A stretch of 64,000 nucleotides of DNA from Octopus vulgaris (Eukaryota): contig OX597820.1 in NCBI GenBank assembly GCA_951406725.2, positions 60,574,001-60,638,000 of the forward strand. Direction: 5' to 3'. Below are positions 54,834 through 64,000 of this stretch, piece by piece (position 1 is the first letter of the stretch; each line of letters opens with the position of its first letter). Below the pieces are notes generated by a model. That model made no database searches and had not been told where the DNA came from. It saw nothing but the letters and a program-made list of their open reading frames with translations. Position numbers and translations under genes: made by a program.

Positions 54834-55439
54834 TTATTGTATTGAGACAGCAATTAAATGAGTGAGATAGATGGTAGAAACACTGTGTATGTATGTGTGT
54901 GTGTAAGTGTATATATGTGTATATATATTTAAATGTGTGTGTGTGTTTTGTGTGAGAGACAGAGAGCGTGTGTGCGTGTGTGAGTGTGTGTGTATTTGTG
55001 TCTGTGTACAGAGAGAGAAGGTGAACAGGAGAGGGGGGAAAGGGGGTACCTATAGATATTTCTGTTTGTGGTAGAGATATAAGTTTAATAATCGTCTGTT
55101 TGAAAAGGCACTCAATTTTTTATAGCCGTGTCAAACAGTGTTATTGACAGGAGAGGAAAGAGAGGTGCGATGGGTGTCAATGGCTGTGGGACTCTGCGAA
55201 AAGTAACGTCTGTTTCGTTCGGCTGCTCCAGTGCAGAATAAAAAAAAATAAACAAAAACCAAAATAAATATAAGAGTAATGATTCGCCGATGAAAAACTG
55301 AAAGAGAAAGAGAACAAAAAAAAAGAAATTTAGAAAATGTGAGAGAGAGAGAGCTGATTAAGCAGTTAACAACGGGACATTGCCAAACCCAGCAATAATA
55401 ATGGTGCAGCGATTGAAAACAGATTAACGAAGGAGAAAC

Positions 55440-55490
55440 ATCAACAACAACCACTACTACTATTACTACTACTACTACTACTATTAATAC

Positions 55491-55526
<36 letters not shown>

Positions 55527-55552
55527 CACCACCACCACCGCTGCTGCTGCTG

Positions 55553-55592
<40 letters not shown>

Positions 55593-55721
55593 CATTGCTG
55601 CTACCACTACTACTACTACTACCACCACCACCACCAACACTGCTGCTGCTGCTACCACTACTACTACTACTACCATCATCACCACCACCGCTGCTGCCAC
55701 TACTACTACTACTACTAGTAG

Positions 55722-55757
<36 letters not shown>

Positions 55758-55846
55758 GACGACGACGACGACGACGACGACCACCACCACCACCACCACC
55801 ACCACCACCACCACCACTACCACCACCACCACTACCACCACCACCA
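55440..55846. repeat. Compound trinucleotide array (ACT/ACC/GCT/ACG)
   Basis: Visible arrays. Confidence 0.95.
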
Positions 55847-55847
55847 G

Positions 55848-56905
55848 ATATTTATATGTGCAAGGCAGCTAACCTCTATGATGGTACCTACTTTTACCCC
55901 TCTGTCTCAAGCAACAATATCCGAGCTGTTACGGTTACATTTGACAGAAGTTTTGATAGGAATATTCCACGAGTATTCCTTGAGTTGGTGTTTATGAATG
56001 TATTCCATGACAGGGATTTTCTAAGTTTATTTCAGGACAGTCATTTTTGTGGATGGCATTGTAAATTGTTTAAGCAACAACATCATACGGCATAGGTGGG
56101 TACTCCCGTGACATCATTTTAGGACAGCTGCTAATCACATGCGTAATGTCTTTCACAGAAACATGACATAGCCTTCACGCGCAGTTGCACCTTGGAATTA
56201 CAAGAGCGTCACTGTCTCTCTTGTTCACCAGGTACTTTGTGGCCATCTCCTGTTCCTGGATTGCAATTGCATAGCCTTCAAAGTGTGATGTGATGTGATG
56301 TGATGTGGTGGTTTTGTGTCCAAGAAAGGCTGCGCTTCGTATCAATTCTACTGTCCATTTCAAGCTTCCGGACAGCACACACATGCATGGCCTTTTTTTA
56401 AAATCATTTTGTATGCTAAGTGCTTTCCATCCAGGTCTTCTCTGAGGTAAGAGAGCCCAGCTGTTTTGGGTCTGTATAGGAGATTCTCACGAAGACAGGG
56501 TTTCTTGAAAAGTTCACTGCCAACTTGTACAATGTTGCTCACTTCACTTTTCAGGATTGCATTAATATATTTGTTTTTGCTGCAGTTGTTTAGCAGGTGC
56601 TGTCTGAGTGATACCATACGGTATCTGAAGGCCGTCTGCACTGATCTCAGGCCTCTACCACCTTCATCTCTTAGGTAGAGTCTGTCAACAGCACTGTTTC
56701 TGTGGAAGTTCCCAGTTGTTGCCAGGATTTTGCGGGCTTTGATATCTATGGAGTGGATTTCCTTTACAGACCAGTCAAGTATCCAAAATGTTGGGACCAG
56801 CACTGGTACTGAAAATGCATTGTGGGATATTGTTTTGTTGTAAGAGGAGAGTTCTGACTGCCATATTTTCCTAAGTCTGGTGTAATATTCTCGGGTCACT
56901 CTATC
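55848..56905 (-). mobile_element. R4/Dong-like RLE retrotransposon fragment (third family)
   Basis: REYYTRLRKIWQSELSSYNK...NFHRNSAVDRLYLRDEGGRGL; EGYAIAIQEQE; DITHVISSCPKM; DIVA*D...IIEVSC. Confidence 0.85.
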
Positions 56906-57379
56906 TTTATTGTATGTATGTATGTATGCATGTATGTATGTATGTATGTATGTATGTATGTATGTATGTATGTATGTATGTATGTATGTATGTATGTATG
57001 TATGTATGTATGTATGTATGTATGTATGTATGTATGTATGTATGTATGTATGAATGAATGAATGAATGAATGTATGAATGAGTGAATGAATTAATATCTG
57101 CCAAGTATTTACGCACTACTGAGAAGAGCGCAAGTCAGGTGGGCAAGATACCTTGTTAGAATACTGTTCCTTCGAATCGCATCTTACTCTGTAGCGTAGC
57201 TGGAGTGGGGAGGGTAGTAAGCTATTTGCCTCTGGGTGACGCTTTTATAAGTTGGCAGTTTTTAGTCTGTTGTTGAAGCCCATATAGGCTGTATTGAGGG
57301 ATGGGGAGAAGGCGCGGGCTCAATACAGCACCACTGAAAGTACTGCCTTTAAAAATTGTAAGCTATTTCGGGTAAAATC

Positions 57380-57760
57380 TCAGAAATACTGAGAATGTTT
57401 TACAGCGAACTGGCGAAAGGCAAGCAAGCGCAGGGTGGACAGAAAAAAAGTTATTCAAAGACACACTCAAAGCTCTGAGATCAACCCCGACACCTGGGAA
57501 ACACAATCTCAAGATCGCCCTGCTCGGAGATGATCAGAGGTGTCACTTACGAACAGAACACGATTGCAGGGCTCGAAGTAAACTCGAACTACCCAAGTCC
57601 AGAACTAATTCCTTTTCTTCTGTTGTAAGAGACTGACAGTGCCAAACCTGCGGCAGAGTCCTCCGAGGATGCATCAGATAGATTGGCCACTACCGGACAC
57701 ACCATGCTCCGTCTTTTCTCATCTGATGTCCTTGGTCAATGTCGTCAGCGATGGATGAAT
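57380..57760 (+). mobile_element. RTE (BovB-like) LINE 3' fragment
   Basis: YSELAKGKQAQGGQKK..FKDTLKA..INPDTWETQSQDRPA, then CQTCGR zinc finger and a GATGGATGAA-like tail. Confidence 0.75.
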
Positions 57761-57768
57761 TAATAATG

Positions 57769-57925
<157 letters not shown>

Positions 57926-58557
57926 GTGGAAATAATGAGCAAATCAATGAACTTCGTCTAATTATCTGCAATTTTATAGCACACCCGCACTACAGTCCTA
58001 TGGGAAGAGTTACTTCCCTTACATTTTAATTCGCAGCTCATGTAAACAAAATTTATGCTTTAATACGAATTGACTTTCATCATATAAACTTAGTTAATCA
58101 ACGTGAATAATGATTATAATAATTAGCAATGCTCTTGGTATATTACGAAAACTACAAGATGGCTGGAAGTTTATAGAGAGCCACGAACTATATAGTTATT
58201 TTTTGAAAGAAAACTTGTTCGTAACATTTCGTTCTGTAGGTGATGATGCTAGGGGACAAAATTTTCTGAATGCTGCACTTCTTGTTACTCACTTGTCATC
58301 TCTTCCACCTCGAAAGTTGTTATTTTCTCCTTTGTGTAATCTTAACTATGGAACAAAATCAAAGACATAATACATACTCTAGCTATTATATCATTCTGTT
58401 ACTGAATAATGAACGGCAATGCTGTATTCCATCCTTTATTTTGATATCACAGAAACGTTCATATGACTAGACTTGTATCTAGAGTTCTAGTGAGCGCAGT
58501 GGCTGCTCCAATTAGCAGTGGATTCCGAAAGAAAAGAGGGAAGGAATGAAAAAAAAA

Positions 58558-58992
58558 TCTTTTCTACTGTAGGCACAAGGCCCGAAATTTTGGGGGAGTG
58601 GAGCAGTCGATTAGATCGACCCCAGTACGCAACTGGTACTTAATTTATCGACCCCGAAAAGATGAAAGGCAAAGTCGACCTCAGTGGAATTTGAATTCAG
58701 AACGTAAAGACAGACAAAATACCTCTAAGCATTTCGCCCGGCGTGCTAACGTTTCTTATTTCTTTACTTACCACAAGGAGCTACATACACACGGGACACA
58801 CAAGGACAGACAAAGGGATTAAGTCGATTACATTTGAACCCAATGCGTAACTGGTACTTAATTTATCGACCCCGAAAGGATGAATGGCTAAGTCGACCTC
58901 GGCGGAATTTGAACTCAGAACGTAACGGCAGACGAAATGACGCTAAGCATTTCGCCCGGCGTGCTAACGTTTCTGCCAGCTCGCCGCCTTAA
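58558..58992 (-). mobile_element. SINE family B, dimer; a plus-strand partial unit follows at 59040-59185
   Basis: Colinear with the other B copies. Confidence 0.9.
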
Positions 58993-59383
58993 AAGAATAA
59001 CAATATCAGCAAAGACGCAAGCATGACAGTATCATTTTAAAAGGTCAACTTTACCTTTCATCCTTTCGGGGTCGATTAAATGAGTACCAGTTACGCACTG
59101 GAGTCGATATAATCGACTTCATCTGTTTGTCTGTCCTTGTTTGTCCTCTCTGCGTTAAGCCCCTTGTGGGTAGTAAAGAAATAAGTATCATTTTAAAAGT
59201 TCGCCCCGTCAGCACGTGTTTCTGGGTTCGGTTCTGAGTAGGAACTTATGCAAGTGACTTCGAATACAAAGATTCGAGTCATGTGAATGCCTCGAGTGAA
59301 ATTTTGCTAGCGAGAAACATTTTGGAAACCCATCATGTATGTGTGTGCGTGAATGTACTGAATGTACGTGAATGAGCGTGTGT

Positions 59384-59455
<72 letters not shown>

Positions 59456-59571
59456 CGTGTGCGCGCGTGTGTGATTATGTTAAAGCCACTTAAAACTAGC
59501 AATATCGTAGCGGCACCGTAACATAGTTTTGGCGCTACGATAAAATACACATGAAACTTAAATATAACGCA

Positions 59572-59740
59572 AGTGTGGCTGTGTGGTAAGTAGCTTGCCT
59601 ACCAACCACATGGTTCCGGGTTCAGTCCCAGTGCGTGGCACCTTGGGCAAATGTCTTCTTCTATAGCCTAGGGCCGACCAAAGCCTTGTGAGTAGATTTG
59701 GTAGACGGAAACTGAAAGAAGACCGTCGATTATATATATA

Positions 59741-59775
<35 letters not shown>

Positions 59776-59846
59776 TGTGTGTGTATGTGTGAGTGCGCGT
59801 GCGCGAGCGTGTGCCTTTGTTTGTCCCCACCACCATAGCTTGACAA
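59572..59846 (+). mobile_element. SINE family A, tail truncated
   Basis: GTGGCTGTGTGGTAAG head through GCTTGACAA. Confidence 0.88.
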
Positions 59847-60326
59847 TAAATGTTATAATATTATTATGGTTTTCTGTTAAAGATATACTCAATATATTCT
59901 TAATACGTACCATTACTCTTCATTTTCTAAAAAAAAAAATGTCTAGATGGGCTATATCCATTCAAAAGCTGTTAGCGTGGTTCACCCAAAGCACTGAAGA
60001 ATCTGAAATAAAAAAAGAAAGGACGTTGCACAAAATATTGAAAACATAACAATGGTGTTGCCATAGTGTGCAAACCAGCTGGGAAAAGTTTTATCGCAAT
60101 CGATTCGCAGAAAACCGAGAAATCCTAAATTTCAATCCTAAGTTGTTAGCGTGGTTCTGGGTGTAATCGTTGGATATTAGCACAAGGGTCTGATATATAG
60201 AAAACCGTTAATAAGTATATTCAAAAGCACAATGGAAGGTCAGATTGACATAGCAATTTGGCATGCTAGAGCACGGACAAATCTTGTAACCAAGAAAAAA
60301 ACCACCGAGTTGGCAGAAAACTATTG

Positions 60327-60737
60327 AAGGCGGCGAGTTGGCAGAAACGTTAGCACGCCGGGTGAAATGCTTGGCAGTGTCTCGTCTGCTGCTACGTTCT
60401 GAGTTCAAATTCCGCCGAGGACGACTTTGCTTTTCATCATTTCGGGGTCGATAAATTAAGTATCAGTTACGCACTGGTGTCGATATAATCGACTTAATCC
60501 GTTTGTCTGTCCTTGTTTGTTCTCTCTGTGTTTAGTAGTAAAGAAATAAGTATTTCGTCTGCTGTTACGTTCTGAGTTCAAATTCCGCCGAGGTCGTCTT
60601 TGCCTTTCATCCCTTCGGGGTCGATAAATTAAGTACCAGTTACGCACTGGAGTCGATGTAATCCACTTATCTCCTTTGTCTCTCTTTGTTTATCTCCTCT
60701 ACGTTTAACCCCTTGAGGGCAATAAAAAAATAAGAAA
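60327..60737 (+). mobile_element. SINE family B, dimer
   Basis: Head plus two units. Confidence 0.9.
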
Positions 60738-60744
60738 ACTATCG

Positions 60745-62560
60745 ATCCATTGTTTGCCTAAACATTACATAGAAACTGTACACAAGCTATCTCAACCATT
60801 CCCTCCAGGATCATTATGAATTCGCCAACAGTGATTGATGAGCAGGCAGGTGGAAAGAAGTGAGTATGGGGATGTGCCGAACAACTTTTGATAGACAAAG
60901 CTGTACTGTCTGAAGTAAGAAAACACTGTAGAAGTCGTGTGCAATATGGGTTGATTATAGGAAAGCCTTCGACTCTACTCTCCACTCATGGTTGCTGAAG
61001 TGTTTACATTTGGCAAAAGAACCTGTTACTTTAGTTGTTGCTATTCAGAAGCTCACAAAGATTTGGATAACAATTCCCACACAACTGAGAGTGGAACAAT
61101 CATTTCCAATGTTTTAAATATTTCAATGGGAATATTCCAAGGAGATATTCTTCCTATAATTCTGCTCACTTTGGCATTAAATGTATCATTATTTCTGTTG
61201 CAAAAATCAAACGGCTAAATGCTAATATCTGCAACTGCTAGAGATAATAATGTGGCCCATACATTGTTTGAGTATGACCTCAATATTTATGCAAAAAATG
61301 ATAATAATGCCAAAAAGAAAGAAAAAACTCAGCTGGAGTTAATAACAGCATTTTCAGCTGACAGGAATAGAATTTGACAAAAAGAAATGCTCTTATTTGA
61401 TTACTGAACGGGAAAAACCAGTCCCCACTATACCTATGTACCAACGGACACTATCTCTCTTGTCCCGCACAAAGAATGCTACAAATACCTTGATATTGAT
61501 AAAAGCATATCATTCGAAGGTACTGTGAATAAGGACGGAATGACCCGAAAATATTATGCTAGGTTCAGAATGATATGGCAGTCGGAACTCTGCCCTTACA
61601 ACAAGACAGTATCTCACAATGCATTTACAGTAGCAGTACTGATTCCAACATTTTGGATACTTGACTGGTCTGTAGAGAAAATTCGCTACATACACATTAA
61701 AACCCGCAAAATCCTGGCATTAACTGGAAACTTCCACAGAAACAGTGATCCCGATAGGCTCTACCTAAGAAGAGATAAAGGAGGTTCCAGGCTTGAGATT
61801 AGTACAGACGGCTTCGAACAACAGCAGCAAAAATACTTGATACTTGATACTGAAAAGCAAAGAGAATAACATTCTATGTGTCGTCAGTGAACTTCCTAGG
61901 AAGCACTTGCTTCCTGACAGCTTTCCATATAACCCCTAAACAGTTTAACTGGCATAACTAAAGGAAAACCTAGATGTGAAGCACTCAGCATACCAAAAGG
62001 GGGAAAAAAGACTGTATAAGTATGTTTGCAGAAGATTTGGAGAAGACAGTAATATCGGCATGAAGTGCAGCCTCTCGGACTCGTGATTGTTACATCACAT
62101 TACACATCGAAAGCTATGCATTTGTAATTCAAGGAAAGGCGAATGCTACGAAATGCCTCGTAAACAAAAGAAACAGCGAAGTATTTGAAGCCCCAAGATG
62201 AAACCGAAATGTAGATAATGTCACGCTTCCCTGGAAGACAACGACGCACATGTAATTAGCAGTTGCCTCAAAATGCCATAAATGTCGCTAAAACAATGCC
62301 ATCCGAATAAGAAAGATTGGCTCAGAATAAATATAGAGACCTCCTACCGCCTGTTATTGAGTACATACACCAGCAACGAAAGGGATACAGGAGGAGCATT
62401 CTCAACAAAACCTCTATCAAGTGTAAGCACAACAGGTTAACAGGTCGGATATTGTTGTTTGGGACGGACAAGAAAAGTATGTACAGTCATCGAGGCTGTC
62501 CTCCTAATGGGAATATCTCTTCAAAGAGAAGAAAATAACTTCAGATTTCGAAACCTCCAG
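60745..62560 (+). mobile_element. R4/Dong-like RLE retrotransposon, decayed, same family as 55848-56905
   Basis: EQAGGKK*VWGCAEQLLIDKAVL; WVDYRKAFDS; GIFQGDILP; YKYL; RKYYARFRMIWQSELCPYNK...NFHRNSDPDRLYL; HVISSCLKM. Confidence 0.88.
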
Positions 62561-62619
62561 CTTCTACATCTGTTGTATCGCCAATTGTTATGACGATACT
62601 TTTTTTTACACTATAACCG

Positions 62620-62762
62620 TGTAGTAACAATAAAATATATAACGAAGCAGGGTAACAACAACCTAACAATCCAACGAACTCTCCACGAACTATACACGAA
62701 CCAGCAAACGATATTCCGACAAATTACCAAAACGTCACTTTACGACTTACTGCGATTAAGGC

Positions 62763-62808
<46 letters not shown>

Positions 62809-62949
62809 TCGTCTCTCACTCAAACCGTACTGTTTACAGTCGTTCGGTCAAGTCCATTCTAGTAGGGGGTGTCTCCTTTTGAGATTTCGTCTTCTGTAGG
62901 AGACGAAATTTATTTTATTGTTATTTTGTTTTTCTCTTTCTTTCTAACA
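62620..62949 (-). mobile_element. 3' LTR of a Gypsy-like retrotransposon
   Basis: Minus strand: polypurine tract AAAAAGGGAGATG immediately before TGTTAG...; probable end ...TTACTACA; internal (AG)n. Confidence 0.7.
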
Positions 62950-64000
62950 CATCTCCCTTTTTGAAATATTGCTTCCCTAGGGAGTTCAGTACCTTTTCTG
63001 CTTAGGAATTATTTCTAAATGTTCAGTCTGTTTACGTTTTCTGTTACTGCTCCTTCTAGCCTCAATCACTTTCGGTGCTGGCACATCGAACATGTCATAA
63101 AACACTTCCAGTGGAATTCCCTTCGTTTCTTCAGTATGTCGGGTTTTAATTGATTTAGGTGTCGTTTATGCTCCCATCATTGGCCTTTTATTAAATACTT
63201 CATGTTTCTACTTCTTTTAGTCACTACACCATCTCGCCAGTTCTCTTTGCCGGTCTTATATACTTTAAAATGAACTTTATCTCCGACATCAAAACGTTTA
63301 ATTTAATTTTTTTGTATTTTCTCTATTCCTTTTTTCCCTTTGCCAACAATTTTTCGAAGATCGATTTAATCTTTCGAGCGAACATCAGCTCTGCAGACGA
63401 CTTGCCAGAACTGGTATTCGGATTGGGCGTTATTCTGTACACTCTTAAGAATTTAGTTAGCGCTTCGTCATTTCCTAACTCGTTCTTTGCTTTTTTTTAG
63501 CGCTCGCTTGAAAGTATCAACGAATCATTCTGCTTGCCTATTTGATCTTGGGTGGTAGGGCAGGGTAAACATGTGCTTGATTGCATGCATTTTGCAGAAT
63601 TTAATGAACTCGCATCCTATAAATTGTGCTCCATTGCCCGATACTATGGTGTCCCGGATACCGTATCGAACAAAAAGTTCGTGCAGGAATTTTATTGTTG
63701 CCTTCGAAGAAGGTTGACAGCACCTACATACTTCTGGATTCTTGGTAAAGCTATTAACAATGATCAAATAGTAAGCACCATTCACTGGTCCAGCGTAGTC
63801 TATATGTACCCTGGACCACCGACTATTCGTCTTAGGTTACGATTGGTATTTCACCGGTGGTGACTTGGTTGCTAGTGCACAACTTCTACATGATTTTACC
63901 AAATTTTCAATTTCCCGGGCCATTGTCAGCCAGTACACGTAGCTCCTCATCAAAGCTTTCATTCGTGTCATCTCCGGGTGTCAACTCTCAAATTCATGTA
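62950..64000 (-). mobile_element. Gypsy-like integrase region, decayed (continues beyond the window)
   Basis: HPEMTRMKALMRSYVYW...VKSCRSCA zinc-binding part; YGI.DTIVSGNGAQF...FCKMHAIKHMFTLPYHPRSNRQAE; ...YRITPN...SSAELMFARKIKS. Confidence 0.9.

Noticed and set aside
55131-56095. Long poly-Val or poly-Pro/Leu/Arg ORFs (also 48045-48620, 34515-34933)
   Set aside because: Compound trinucleotide arrays without domain content or splice support.
59503-59542. Small hairpin TATCGTAGCG...CGCTACGATA
   Set aside because: Isolated 10-bp stem with no second copy or other support in the window.

Overview
AT-rich, repeat-saturated eukaryotic DNA with no convincing host protein-coding exon. Almost all ORF-track hits are microsatellite or SINE read-throughs. 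The SINE families resemble those I recall from Octopus genomes (recollection, not a database result), so this is probably cephalopod intronic or intergenic DNA. Contents: (i) four tRNA-derived SINE families, two at high copy; (ii) decayed non-LTR retrotransposons: several R4/Dong-like RLE elements in (TAA)n arrays, two RTEs, an L1/Tx1 fragment and a CR1 tail; (iii) Penelope-like (RT + GIY-YIG) remnants; (iv) a Gypsy 3' end with LTR and PPT, a solo LTR with nested Helitron-type and MITE insertions, and a maT-like transposase fragment. The most notable unexplained signal is a set of short, mutually unrelated unique islands inside (TA)n tracts, six of which carry type I hammerhead ribozyme motifs read directly from the sequence. 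These include a 132-bp palindrome with one hammerhead per strand, a 358-bp-period retrozyme-like unit, and two hammerheads with 70-95 nt stem II insertions. Several non-repeat islands look regulatory (a TATA+Inr core promoter at ~15.95 kb, TGACA-rich blocks). Element boundaries were read by eye and are approximate unless stated.
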